A stretch of DNA of 64,000 bases from Phycisphaerae bacterium (GCA_012729015.1 JAAYDY010000042.1:77608-141607), one strand, 5' to 3'. Shown: positions 29,075-39,407, numbered from the stretch's first letter. Numbers and translations: made by a program. Notes: a model not told the origin generated them from the sequence alone.

Positions 29075-29560
29075 CTAGAGAGCCGTCACTTGCCCGTCCG
29101 AACGAATCAGCACCTCGCCGGTGTTCATGTCCAACGACAACGTCCTGGGCCTCGTGCCGCCGACGTCGGCGGCCTTGCACATCAGGCCGTTCTTCCAGAG
29201 AATCTTGCGGAAGACCGTGACGTTGCGGCTGCCGATGGCGAAGAAGTCGCCGCTCTGGGCGGCCGCGCCAATCTTCGCGCCGCCGGCCACCTTGACCACG
29301 AGGTTGCCCTTCTTGGCGCCCATCTTGTAGCACTCGTTCAGAAGCCGCGGGACGCCGGTATCCACGAACATGTAGGGGTTGTCCACGGCCTTTTCCGGGT
29401 TGATCGTCGAGAGCGGCAGCATGACGTGCAGCAGCGCCCCGACGGAGGCCACCGCATCGTAGATGATGACGCCCAGGCAACTGCCGAGCGAGTGGGTGAT
29501 CAAGAGATCCTCCCCACTCGTCGTCAGCTTCATGTCGGCGACAGATACCGTGTGCCTCAC
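29075..29560 (-). CDS. cheD: Chemoreceptor glutamine deamidase CheD
   Basis: SLGSC, H.MLP, K.AGGA, IG.RN and DVGG motifs. Confidence 0.95.
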   Translation of the reverse strand: MRHTVSVADMKLTTSGEDLLITHSLGSCLGVIIYDAVASVGALLHVMLPLSTINPEKAVDNPYMFVDTGVPRLLNECYKMGAKKGNLVVKVAGGAKIGAAAQSGDFFAIGSRNVTVFRKILWKNGLMCKAADVGGTRPRTLSLDMNTGEVLIRSDGQVTAL

Positions 29561-29622
29561 CTGCTCGTCTCCACAGCCGGCCTCGCCATCCCCCGATGCG
29601 GTGCCACAGAACTACCGTCCGC

Positions 29623-30474
29623 TCATGTCCGGTACACCGTCGGATAGACCTGCCGCAGCTTGTGCTGGATGCCGGACAGACTTTCGGAGTGGCCGATGAA
29701 CAGGACCCCTCCCGGCGACAGAATGTCGGTGAAGCGACCGATGATGCGTTCCTGGGTGGGCTTGTCGAAGTAGATCATCACGTTGCGGCAGAAGATGATG
29801 TCGAACGGCCCCTGCATGGGCCATGGCTCCATCAAGTTCAGCCTCGCGAAATGGACGATCTTTCTGAGCTGGTCGCAGACGCGGAACCGCTTGGGCGGCC
29901 CGGCGTCGGCCAGCTCGAAATAGCGTCCTCGCATTGCCGCCGGCATGTCACGAAAACGGGCCTCCTCGTAGACGCCCTGACGCGCCTTGGCGAGCACCTG
30001 GCCGCTGATGTCCGTGGCCAGAATCTTCACGTCCCAGCGGGACGGGTCCGGCAATGTCTCCATGAGCACGACGCCGATGGAATAGGGCTCCTCGCCGCTG
30101 CTGCAACCGGCACTCCAGACGCGGAGCTTCTTCGGGCCGCGACCGGCCGCCGCGATCATCTGCGGCAGGATGTCCTTGCTCAGATGATCCAGGTGCTGCG
30201 ACTCGCGGAAGAAGTACGTCAGGTTCGTGCTCAGAGCGTCGAGCATGTTCGCCAGCTCGACGCCGCTGGCGTCTTCCTCGACGTACTTCATGTACTCGGT
30301 GTAGCTGGACAGGCCGAGAAGGCGGAGCCGCTTGCCGAGCCTCGCCTTGACCAGCTCCCGCTTGCCGTTGTGCAGGTTGATGCCAGCCAGGTCGCCGACC
30401 ATGCGGCTGATCCGCTGGAACTCCTTCTCGCTGAGCTCGAAATGCGCAACACACATCCCCGCCATCGGCTGCAT
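29623..30474 (-). CDS. cheR: Chemotaxis methyltransferase CheR
   Basis: TNLTYFFRE, WSAGCSSGEEPYS and FCRNVMIYF motifs. Start uncertain (30456-30507). Confidence 0.95.
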   Translation of the reverse strand: MQPMAGMCVAHFELSEKEFQRISRMVGDLAGINLHNGKRELVKARLGKRLRLLGLSSYTEYMKYVEEDASGVELANMLDALSTNLTYFFRESQHLDHLSKDILPQMIAAAGRGPKKLRVWSAGCSSGEEPYSIGVVLMETLPDPSRWDVKILATDISGQVLAKARQGVYEEARFRDMPAAMRGRYFELADAGPPKRFRVCDQLRKIVHFARLNLMEPWPMQGPFDIIFCRNVMIYFDKPTQERIIGRFTDILSPGGVLFIGHSESLSGIQHKLRQVYPTVYRT

Positions 30475-30653
30475 CCCCAGTCGTCTGGTTCCTCGATCCG
30501 TGGTCATGGCCCGGCTCGACGTCCTCCCGGACGGCGGGTCGCCTCGGGCAACCCGGCGCACAGGGAGCGCCGCCACAGGCCGCATCATGTCTTCCAGCCC
30601 TCGTCCGCGCCGCTGACGTCCGGGACGCCCGGTGCGGACGGAAAGGCCGGGCC

Positions 30654-31178
30654 TCAGGCGCTCTCGCCGTCGTCGGCCTGCTTGTCGCCGAGACCGGCCA
30701 CCGTGGCTATCTGCTCGGTTGACAGCACGCGGCAGATGTCCAGCAGGACGGTCACCTGGCCCTCGCTTTTGGCGATGCCGAGGATGAAGTCCGTGTCCAC
30801 GGTCTGGCCGAAATCGGGCGTTTCCTCGATGTCGTCGCCGACGATGTCCTGGACCTCGGACACCTTGTCGACGATGATGCCCATCTCGATCCCCTGCACG
30901 TCCACGACGATGATGCACGTCTCCTCATTGCGCTCCACGGACGCCATATCGAACTTCTGTCGCAGGTCGATCACCGGAATGACCTTGCCGCGCAGGTTGA
31001 TCACGCCCTCGACAAACGCCGGGGTGCGTGGCACCGGGGTAATGCGCACCATGCCGATGATTTCGCGAACCTTCAGAATCTCGACGCCGTATTCCTGATC
31101 GCCGAGGAAGAAGGTCAGATACTTTCCCGCCCTGGCGGCTGCCAGATCGGCCACGGCTGCACTCTGCTCACTCGCCAT
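30654..31178 (-). CDS. cheW: Chemotaxis coupling protein CheW
   Basis: YLTFFL, VP.TP...GVINLRGKVIPVIDLR motifs. Confidence 0.96.
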   Translation of the reverse strand: MASEQSAAVADLAAARAGKYLTFFLGDQEYGVEILKVREIIGMVRITPVPRTPAFVEGVINLRGKVIPVIDLRQKFDMASVERNEETCIIVVDVQGIEMGIIVDKVSEVQDIVGDDIEETPDFGQTVDTDFILGIAKSEGQVTVLLDICRVLSTEQIATVAGLGDKQADDGESA

Positions 31179-31233
31179 TGTTCATCCTCCTGAAACAGTC
31201 GTCCTTACGCACGCCGGCTCCCCCAGTAGTCCG

Positions 31234-33975
31234 CTATTGCGAGACAGCCGCCAGTTCCTCGACCGGGGCGGCCCGCCACGATTGATCCATGCTCCGTGCC
31301 TGGGCCACCATCGTCTGCACGTCGATGATAAGCCCCACGCTGCCGTCGCCCATGATGGCGCCGCCGGAGATGCCCTTGACCTCGCCCAGCCCGTCGGACA
31401 GCGACTTCACCACGACCTGCTGCTGTCCGAGCAACGTGTCCACGAGCACCGCTACCGGGCGTCCGTCGTCCTCGACGATGACCAGCAACCCCTGGCCCGG
31501 CTCTGTGACGGCATCCTCGATGCCGAACAGGTGGTGGAGGCGGAACACAGGCAACAGGTCGCCGTGGAACATCACCATCTCGCCACGGTCCGTCACGTTC
31601 GATATCGCATCCGGCTCCGGCTTGAAGGTGGTCTTGATGTTGGCCGTCGGAATGATGTACCGCTGCGTTCCGACGCGAATGACCATGCCGTCGATGATGG
31701 CCAGCGTCAGGGGCAGACGCATGCTGAACGTGGACCCCTTACCCTGGACCGACGACACCTCGACGCGCCCGCGAAGGGCCTCGACGCCGCGCTTGACGAC
31801 GTCCATGCCCACGCCGCGGCCGGAAATCTCGCTGACCTGATCCTTCGTCGAGAATCCGGGACGGAAGATCAGGTCGAACACGTCGGCTTCGGTCATCCCG
31901 GCCTCGGACTCAATGATGCCGCGGTTGATGGCTTTCTCGATGATCTTCTGGCGGTTCAGGCCCTTGCCGTCGTCGACCAGGTCGATCACCACGCTGCCGG
32001 CCGCATGGTACGCCTGCAAGGTAACGGTGCCCTCCGGCTCCTTGCCCCCGGCCACGCGCTCATCGGCCGATTCGACGCCATGGTCCACGGCGTTGCGCAC
32101 CATGTGCACCAGCGGATCGCTGATGACCTCGACCATGTTGCGGTCGATCTCGGTGTCTTCGCCGGCGGTCACGAACCGCACCTTCTTGTGGCTCTTGCTG
32201 CTCAGGTCGCGGACCAGCCGGGCCATCTTCTGGAACGTGGACTTCAGGGGCACCATCCGCAACGACATGCTGAGATCCTGCAACTCGCGGACGATCTTTC
32301 CCATGTGGTTGACGTTGCGGCTGAGCTGCGACCCGCCGGCACTGCGGATAACATCGTCCTGCTCGACCATGGCATGGGCGATGACCAGTTCGCCGACCAT
32401 GTTGATGAGGTTATCCAAGCGTTCCAGGCGGACCTTGACGGATGAACTCTCGGTATCCTTGCCGGCGATGCGCTTCTGCTGGCGCAGGGCGCCGACCACG
32501 TCCTTCGGGCTGACGGCGCTGGATCTCACGAGGGCTTCGCCGATGGGCCTGCCGCCCTGCTCCGCGGCGGCCACTTCGACGTCCACGCGCGTGGCCTTCC
32601 CTTCGGCCACGAGCAGATCGCCCAACCGCGGCGGATCGGACTCGGCGGCGCTCTCGTCGCTGTAGCCGGCCGCTTCAGGATCGGCCAGCACGTTCAGCAG
32701 GCGGTCGAGCCCCTCGGGGCACTGGAACGGGTCGCCGCCCAGGGCGCCCTGGATACCGCGGATGGTGGCGCCCATCATGTCGGTGGCTTCAAGGATCAGG
32801 TCGGCGTAGCCGCCGGTCAGCACGATCTTGCCGGTCCTGGCCCGGTCGAGCATCGTTTCGGCGCGGTGGGCCAGTTCCTGTACGGCGGTCATGCCAAGGA
32901 ACCCGGAGGTGCCCTTGATGGTGTGGAACGCCCGGAAGACGGCATTGAGCGACTCGCTGTCCGAGGGGTTCTCTTCGAGTTGCAGGAGGGCCGCCTCGCT
33001 GTTCTCGATGTGGTCGAGGCTTTCGGTGACGAAGTCGGCAATTAGTTGAGAATCGTTAGCCAGGGCTGCGGCCACCTCGCCCCCGGCCGCCTCCAGCAGA
33101 TCACGCACTCGGTCGCTGGAAGACTTTGCGTCAGCGGCACTCGGTTTGGCCGCAGCCGCGGGCTTCGAGGCTTTCGGCTTGGGCTGAGCCGGCGCGGCGG
33201 CCTTGGGGGTCGGCGCGGACGGAGTCGGCGACGACACCCCCGCATCCAGCGCATCCTGCAATGTTTCGAACAGCGAGCCAAGCTCGCCGACGGCCGTGTC
33301 GTCGCCCGGCGTCCCGGCGGCGGCATCGAGCCGCTCGACAATCTGGTCCAGCACGCCCGAGGCCTCGGCGGACAGACCTCCCGCATCGGCCAGCGCAGCC
33401 ACATGCTGCCGCACGCGCACCAGGGCGTCGGCATCGCCCGGGGTCATGGTGGACAGCTCCATGGCCACGTCGTTGAGCGTTTCGCGGACCTTCTCGGGGT
33501 TGCCGGAGGCTGCTGCGGGACAGGCGGCTCCAGGCTCGGTCTTGTCGCAGATCGGTTCGGCACAGCTCTCCTGGAGGAGCGTCCCCGCCCCGGCCAGGGA
33601 CTCGGCATTGAGTTCGGCGCAACCGCTGTCGCGTTTCAGCGCATCGAGCAGGTCTGCGGCGGGGGCCGAGACAGACTGGTTCTGAGAAGTTGCCGTCACC
33701 ATCGCCCTGGCCCACTGAAGGGCTTCGCGAACGGTGGCCATGGCGGCGCCGGCGTCGGCCACGTCGCGCAGGACAATACGCTCGGCAACGACGGCGACGG
33801 TGCGCACATAGACGGCCAGGGGCGCCAGGACATCGCACTCGTCCATGGCCCGAGCCAGCGCAACGCACTCCTCGCCGAGAGTCACCAGGGCCTGGAGGTC
33901 GGCCGGTTCGGTCTGCTCCAGTTGCCCACTGACAATGTCCATTAGCGCGTCAACGGCCTGGTTTTTGGTATTCAT
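31234..33975 (-). CDS. cheA: Chemotaxis histidine kinase CheA with N-terminal extension
   Basis: Hpt FRAFHTIKG, LDNLINMVGEL, DPLVHMVRNAVDHG, SGRGVGMDVV and a C-terminal CheW domain. Confidence 0.96.
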   Translation of the reverse strand: MNTKNQAVDALMDIVSGQLEQTEPADLQALVTLGEECVALARAMDECDVLAPLAVYVRTVAVVAERIVLRDVADAGAAMATVREALQWARAMVTATSQNQSVSAPAADLLDALKRDSGCAELNAESLAGAGTLLQESCAEPICDKTEPGAACPAAASGNPEKVRETLNDVAMELSTMTPGDADALVRVRQHVAALADAGGLSAEASGVLDQIVERLDAAAGTPGDDTAVGELGSLFETLQDALDAGVSSPTPSAPTPKAAAPAQPKPKASKPAAAAKPSAADAKSSSDRVRDLLEAAGGEVAAALANDSQLIADFVTESLDHIENSEAALLQLEENPSDSESLNAVFRAFHTIKGTSGFLGMTAVQELAHRAETMLDRARTGKIVLTGGYADLILEATDMMGATIRGIQGALGGDPFQCPEGLDRLLNVLADPEAAGYSDESAAESDPPRLGDLLVAEGKATRVDVEVAAAEQGGRPIGEALVRSSAVSPKDVVGALRQQKRIAGKDTESSSVKVRLERLDNLINMVGELVIAHAMVEQDDVIRSAGGSQLSRNVNHMGKIVRELQDLSMSLRMVPLKSTFQKMARLVRDLSSKSHKKVRFVTAGEDTEIDRNMVEVISDPLVHMVRNAVDHGVESADERVAGGKEPEGTVTLQAYHAAGSVVIDLVDDGKGLNRQKIIEKAINRGIIESEAGMTEADVFDLIFRPGFSTKDQVSEISGRGVGMDVVKRGVEALRGRVEVSSVQGKGSTFSMRLPLTLAIIDGMVIRVGTQRYIIPTANIKTTFKPEPDAISNVTDRGEMVMFHGDLLPVFRLHHLFGIEDAVTEPGQGLLVIVEDDGRPVAVLVDTLLGQQQVVVKSLSDGLGEVKGISGGAIMGDGSVGLIIDVQTMVAQARSMDQSWRAAPVEELAAVSQ

Positions 33976-34516
33976 GGTCGCTTCCGTCTTCCGTTTTCAT
34001 GGCCCAAGAAACGAAGACACACGGCGATGTGCAGGTCTGCACCCGCGGCCAATAACTGAGGTATCGAGTGATTCCCCCCTCGCCCCCAATGGGGTATCTA
34101 CCCTAGCATCCATCCGGCGACGGCCGCACAATGGCCGCAAAACCCACATTTCCCGCTTTTTGGGGTGTTCAGGGGCGTTCTGGGCGCCAGTCGCCCCGGA
34201 CCGGGCGTTGCAGCCACCCATAAAAAAACATGGCCCATTTCCACATGGCACGCCCGGATGGGGTGGCAATGCGACACACGCCCGGCAAGCTGCCCCCTCC
34301 GCAGGCCCCGGTGAGCCCACGGCGGGGCCTCGATGCACTTCGGCCATATCCAGAACGGGGACCGGCCAGAGGAAAACTCCCTATTCCGAAGTGGGCTTCA
34401 TATGCCGATGAAACCCAACGGCATGTGCGTCGGCGATGTCCGGCCGGCTGATGCGGCGCTGCTGCGCACTGCCCCGGGGGGCTGTCGGAGGCTCGACCCA
34501 GGAAGGACTTACGCTG

Positions 34517-35467
34517 ATGGATGCTGTGTTGATGGAGCGAATCAACCGATCGAAGAGCCTGCCCACGATTCCGGCGGTGGCGCTGGAAGTGCTGCGCATG
34601 TGCCGGTCGCCGAACACAAACGTTCGGGACATCGCGGACGTGATCTGCCGCGATCCTGCGATGTCCAGCCGCATCCTGAAGCTGTCCAACTCGTCACTCT
34701 TCGGAGCTCCGACGAAGGCCACGACGGTGGCGCAGGCGCTGGTTCGGATGGGACTGCGCAACGCCCGGATCCTGGCTCTGAGCTTCAGCGTGGTCAATCT
34801 GAAGCCGTCGGGCGAAGGCCGCTCGACGTTCGACCTGGCGGCGTTCTGGCGTTCGTCGCTCATCACGGCCGTGGTGGCCAAGACGATCGAGGACTGGACG
34901 CGGCGTCGCGCCGTCGGCGAAGCGTTCACGGCCGGACTGCTCCAGGACATCGGGATTCTGACCTTGCACAACGTGTTGCAGGACGAATACGCGACGGTTC
35001 GCCAGGAGACCAGGCAGAGCGGTCGCGAACTGGACGAGGTGGAGCGGCAGTTCCTGGACGCGGACCACGCGGAGGTGGCCGGCTACATGCTCGGCATGTG
35101 GAGCATTCCGGACTGCATCGTGATTCCGGTCAGCGCACACCATCGTCCGGAGCTGCTGGAGGACGACGGCTCGGAGGACACGCGGATGGCCCGCGTGCTG
35201 CACGCCGCCGACGCCTTCATGCGGATTTTCTGCGAGGGCGTCAATGCGCCCAACGCGCAGCGTTGCTGTCACCTGTGCGCTCAGTACCTGAGCTGGAGCC
35301 CGCAGAAGGTCATGAAACTGATTCGCGAGGTGGCCCCGGCCGTGCAGGAGGCTGCCCAGATGCTGTCGCTGGAGATACCCACGGACGTCCTGGCCAATGC
35401 GGCCAAGGCGGAGTTGACGGGAATGGTCGATCAGGCGTCCTCGCACGTGGCGGGACCGGCGCGGTGA
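34517..35467 (+). CDS. HDOD domain protein
   Basis: LPTIP, DPAMSSRILKLSNS, AGLLQDIG, DHAEV and W.IP...HH motifs. Confidence 0.9.
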   Translation: MDAVLMERINRSKSLPTIPAVALEVLRMCRSPNTNVRDIADVICRDPAMSSRILKLSNSSLFGAPTKATTVAQALVRMGLRNARILALSFSVVNLKPSGEGRSTFDLAAFWRSSLITAVVAKTIEDWTRRRAVGEAFTAGLLQDIGILTLHNVLQDEYATVRQETRQSGRELDEVERQFLDADHAEVAGYMLGMWSIPDCIVIPVSAHHRPELLEDDGSEDTRMARVLHAADAFMRIFCEGVNAPNAQRCCHLCAQYLSWSPQKVMKLIREVAPAVQEAAQMLSLEIPTDVLANAAKAELTGMVDQASSHVAGPAR

Positions 35468-35507
35468 CCTGTTCCCAGGGAAAGCCAAGGAAAGGAGTCC
35501 TTACGCA

Positions 35508-35984
35508 ATGCCCACCACCATGAAGGTCGATTACATCAACGCCTTTATCGGCGCGACGCAGAATGTGTTCACGTCGATGCTGCGCAGCCAGGTGACGCTC
35601 GGCCAGGTCTCGGTGAAGACGAGCCACGTGACGGCCTACGACATTTCGGGCATCATCGGCCTCAGCGGCGACGCCATCGGCTGCGTCGTGGTCAGTTTTC
35701 CCATGGACACTGCCCTGGCCGCCTACAAGGCATTCGCCGGCGAGGAAGTGGACCCCATGGATCCGAACTTCCTGGACGCCATCGGCGAGGTGACCAACAT
35801 GATCGCCGGCAACGCCAAGGCCGCCCTGGAGGGCATGTCGATCAGCATCGGTCTGCCGACGACGATCATGGGACGCCAGCACTGCGTCAGCGCGCCCCAG
35901 AACGTGCCGTTCATCGTGGTGCCGTGCCACTGCGAGCTGGGCAACTTCGCCATCGAAGTCGCATTCCGGTGCGTCAAGGACTGA
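35508..35984 (+). CDS. cheX: CheX phosphatase
   Basis: ISGIIGLSG and DAIGEVTNMIAGNAK motifs. Confidence 0.92.
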   Translation: MPTTMKVDYINAFIGATQNVFTSMLRSQVTLGQVSVKTSHVTAYDISGIIGLSGDAIGCVVVSFPMDTALAAYKAFAGEEVDPMDPNFLDAIGEVTNMIAGNAKAALEGMSISIGLPTTIMGRQHCVSAPQNVPFIVVPCHCELGNFAIEVAFRCVKD

Positions 35985-36007
35985 AGACAGCGAGGTAAGG
36001 AGACCCG

Positions 36008-36400
36008 ATGATGAAAGTCTTGCTGGTGGACGACTCGAAGGTGATGAGACAGATTCAGCGCCGCTCGCTGGAGGGGTTCGGTTTCACGGACATTGTCGAG
36101 GCCGGCGACGGCGTGGAAGGGTTGCAGCAGATGGCCGGCTCTCCCAAGCCGGACATCGTGATCCTGGACTGGAACATGCCTCGCCTGGACGGGCTGAGCA
36201 CCCTGCGCAAGATTCGCGAGACGGACAAGAAGACCATCGTGATCATGTGCACGACGGAGGCCGAGAAACCGCGCGTCGTCGAGGCGGTGAAGGCGGGCGT
36301 GACGAACTACATCGTCAAGCCGTTCACGCCGAGCGTGCTCCAGGAGAAGCTGGACGAGACGCTGACCCGGATGGGCCTGTCGATGCCGACAGCCCAGTAG
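36008..36400 (+). CDS. cheY: Single-domain response regulator CheY
   Basis: LVDDS, DWNMP, TTE and YIVKPF motifs. Confidence 0.9.
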   Translation: MMKVLLVDDSKVMRQIQRRSLEGFGFTDIVEAGDGVEGLQQMAGSPKPDIVILDWNMPRLDGLSTLRKIRETDKKTIVIMCTTEAEKPRVVEAVKAGVTNYIVKPFTPSVLQEKLDETLTRMGLSMPTAQ

Positions 36401-36415
36401 TCGGAGGTCGGACGC

Positions 36416-37816
36416 GTGCAGAAGGCAGCCGCCAAGGACACTTCAGGCCGGATGGACATCAGGATCGGCGACGACCTCCTGGAGGCGTACCTGATCTTCC
36501 GCAGCGGCGCGAAGCTGTCGCCTCCGACCAGTCTCGAAGTGATGGCCCTGCTGGGCGAGCACTGCATCTCGATCGACCGGGACGCGATGGCCCGAGTCAA
36601 GGACGCACTGACGGAGTGCCGGCGGGGCAACCTCCCTCGCGGCGGCACGCTGCTGGTTCGAGGCACGCCCCCCACCGAGAGCATCGACGAGCACCTGGAA
36701 TGGGCCGTGGAGGCCGATCCGGCGTCGGCCGACACTCCCCTGCCCATTCGGCGCGTCAGTCGCGGCCAGGCGTTTGCGAAGGTGTGCCCCGCGGCGCCGG
36801 GTACGCCGGGGACGGACGTTCATGGGCGTCCTCTGCCGCCGCGCGAGCCGGAGAATCTCACACTGACCTTCGCCGACAGCGTCCGCCGCGACGGGGACGG
36901 CAACGTGACGGCTGAGGCCGACGGCGTGGCGCTGATCGAGGACAACGCCCTGAAGGTGGCGCCGCTGAGGGAGATCGACGGCGCGTCGATCGAGCCCGAC
37001 AAGAGCATCGAGGCCGAGGGGCTCCTGCTCGTTCGCGGCAATGTGCCGGAAGGGGCGTTTCTCCAGGCCCAGGCCGGCATGTTCATCGACGGCAGCGTCG
37101 CCGGCGGCATGTTCTACACCGGAGGCAGTCTGGTCTGCACCAAGGGTATCGAGGCCAAGACGTCCAAGGCCCGGCTCGCGGTGCGCGGCGACGTTCATGC
37201 GCCGCACATCTTCGAGGCCCAACTGAACGTCCAGGGCAACTTGGTGGTCCTGAACGAGATGCACGGCGTGGACGCCTGCGTCCTGGGGTGCATCGAGGCC
37301 ACCCAGGCGCCGTTTTCGCTCGGGCACATCGTATGCCGGGGCACGGCCTGCCTGGCGGTGCTCGGGTCGCCGCGCAACGAGGAAACGCACCTGCTGGTCG
37401 GCGTACACCATGAGTTGCAGAAGGAGTTCGAGAAGCTGAACGACCTGTTCACGAAGGTGGGACGGGCGTCTCAGATCGTGGAGAAGGCATGCTTCATGGC
37501 CACCCTCAGGAAGGCCGGCGCCTCGACGCGCGAGAAGGCCTGCCAGTGGGAGATGGCCAAGCACGAACTCAGCCGCGTCCAGACGTCGGTCAAGCAGCGA
37601 CTCGACCAGCTCAGCCAGTCGATGCACGCCTTCGATCATGCCAGCATCCGCGTGGGCGAGTACATGTATCCGCGATGCCGGGTAGGCATCGGCAACGTGC
37701 GCGGACAGGTGGACGCGGGCTGGAACGGCCCGCTGCGCATCGTCGCCCAGCGCATCAACAGCGTGGAGTCGCTCGTCATCGAGAGCGACTCCGGCCGCAA
37801 GATGGTCATTCGATAG
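36416..37816 (+). CDS. FapA/DUF342 family protein
   Basis: PG.DVHGRPLP motif, beta-helix-like V.GNV..G repeats, a coiled coil, then YP...V.IG. Start uncertain. Confidence 0.75.
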   Translation: MQKAAAKDTSGRMDIRIGDDLLEAYLIFRSGAKLSPPTSLEVMALLGEHCISIDRDAMARVKDALTECRRGNLPRGGTLLVRGTPPTESIDEHLEWAVEADPASADTPLPIRRVSRGQAFAKVCPAAPGTPGTDVHGRPLPPREPENLTLTFADSVRRDGDGNVTAEADGVALIEDNALKVAPLREIDGASIEPDKSIEAEGLLLVRGNVPEGAFLQAQAGMFIDGSVAGGMFYTGGSLVCTKGIEAKTSKARLAVRGDVHAPHIFEAQLNVQGNLVVLNEMHGVDACVLGCIEATQAPFSLGHIVCRGTACLAVLGSPRNEETHLLVGVHHELQKEFEKLNDLFTKVGRASQIVEKACFMATLRKAGASTREKACQWEMAKHELSRVQTSVKQRLDQLSQSMHAFDHASIRVGEYMYPRCRVGIGNVRGQVDAGWNGPLRIVAQRINSVESLVIESDSGRKMVIR

Positions 37817-37853
37817 CGACAGTCCCCACATCAACCATCGTGGCCGCGGGCGG

Positions 37854-38504
37854 CTACACGACGGCGAGTTCCTCGCGAATGGCATACCGGACCAACTCGG
37901 CGCGGCTGTGGATGTCGAGCTTCCTCATCAGGCTCGAGGCCTGATTGTCCACCGTCTTGTAGCTGACCCCGAGGCTTCGGGCGGCCTGCTTCACGCTCTG
38001 CCCCTCGGCCAGGAGCCGGAGCACCTCCACCTCGCGCGGCGTGAGCTGGGACAATCGCGTCTGGGGGGATTCCTTCAGTGAGAGCGTGTCTCCCTGGACC
38101 ACCATGCGGCAGAGGACCTCGGGCACGAAGTGCCACTGCCCCGCGGCCACGTCGCGGATCGCCGTAACCAGGCTGCGCACGTCGTGGCTTTTGAGGATGA
38201 AGCCGCGTGCGCCCACATCGATGCAACGGGCAATATGGCGATCGGCATGACGATCGCTCAGGAAGATGACCTTCGTGGACGGGCTTCGCCGCGCGATCTC
38301 TCCGGCGGCCACGAACGGGCTTCCCGGCATGTCGATGTCCAGCAGAACGACGTCCGGATTGATGTCGCGCACCAACATCGCCGTCTCGGCGGCGTCGCCC
38401 ACGTGAGCCTGCACCTGAAGGTCGGGCTCCTGGTTGAGCCGCTCCACCAGGCACTCGCGAAACATCTCATGATCGTCGGCCACTACGATGCGAATGGAAT
38501 CCAT
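37854..38504 (-). CDS. NarL/LuxR family response regulator
   Basis: Receiver domain plus LTPREVEVL...KTVDN...KL HTH. Confidence 0.94.
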   Translation of the reverse strand: MDSIRIVVADDHEMFRECLVERLNQEPDLQVQAHVGDAAETAMLVRDINPDVVLLDIDMPGSPFVAAGEIARRSPSTKVIFLSDRHADRHIARCIDVGARGFILKSHDVRSLVTAIRDVAAGQWHFVPEVLCRMVVQGDTLSLKESPQTRLSQLTPREVEVLRLLAEGQSVKQAARSLGVSYKTVDNQASSLMRKLDIHSRAELVRYAIREELAVV

Positions 38505-38840
38505 GCTACCACCTTTCTTCGGTCAGGTGGCCGGTCCCCCCTGAGGACCTGACTGCGTCTGTGAGCGCAGTCGCATCCCAGCGCTGCGCTGCCCGCCCCC
38601 ACCCTGCCCTCCGGGAGTCCTGGGGCCGGATGATGGGTTCACCCTACACTATCGGCACGCACATGCCGATTCTGAAGCCCGATTCATCATTTCTCCAGCC
38701 ATACCGACCGGTCGCCCGATCAGTGGCCCCGCACACAATGCCTCGGGATACCGGTTGCCAAGTCCCCCGAACGAGTGTAAAAGAGACCTCCAGAGAAACC
38801 GGCGGGCACGACAACGACCCCCCTCAGGAGGCAACACGCC

Positions 38841-39407
38841 ATGGCATCCGGAATCCGCAGGTTCATCCAGTCGCCGCTCAGGGTGGTGCTGACGGCCCAC
38901 ATGCTGTGCGTGCTGGCGTCGTGGGGCGTTCTGGCAGCGGGTGTCGCAGCGGACGGTGCCACCGGAGGGCCGGGCTCCGTGCTGGAGAGCATCGGCATTG
39001 CCGTCACCAGCCACTCGGGCGAGGGCGGCATGACCCTCTTCTGGATTCTGGTCATCCCGCTGGCAGTACTGATGCTCTTCTCCCTGGTGTGCGGCCTGGT
39101 GTACGGCAGGTGGGGATTGCCGGGATATCTGCAAGGCCGTACGGTGCTTGTGGCGCCGGTGCTGTCGGCGGCCTGCTTCGTCATCGGATGGTCCACGCTG
39201 ATGTGGATCGAGGAAGGCACCGTTGGCGCGGCCTGGCAGGCTGCCTGCGGACTGCTGTCGGGTTGGGCCGGGGCGTCGCTGGTGCTCCTCTACGCGGCCA
39301 TGTCCACATCAGCGGTGGGATTGGGCTGGGCGGCGTCGCTGGCGGTCACGCATTTCAAGCGACAGCACGGCAAGTGGGAGACGGTTGGCTACGTCGAGCA
39401 GCCGTAG
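38841..39407 (+). CDS. Hypothetical multi-pass membrane protein
   Basis: AGGAGG RBS; about five hydrophobic segments. Confidence 0.65.
   Translation: MASGIRRFIQSPLRVVLTAHMLCVLASWGVLAAGVAADGATGGPGSVLESIGIAVTSHSGEGGMTLFWILVIPLAVLMLFSLVCGLVYGRWGLPGYLQGRTVLVAPVLSAACFVIGWSTLMWIEEGTVGAAWQAACGLLSGWAGASLVLLYAAMSTSAVGLGWAASLAVTHFKRQHGKWETVGYVEQP

Noticed and set aside
29623-30918. 431-aa extended CheR from the ORF track
   Set aside because: The extension overlaps cheW in another frame and is Arg-rich and non-conserved; CheR similarity starts near 30450.
33976-34516. sigma54 or sigma28 promoter, or riboswitch, between cheA and the HDOD gene
   Set aside because: TGGCAC at 34246 lacks a correctly spaced TTGC, GCCGATGA at 34404 lacks a convincing -35, and I could not identify a riboswitch motif.
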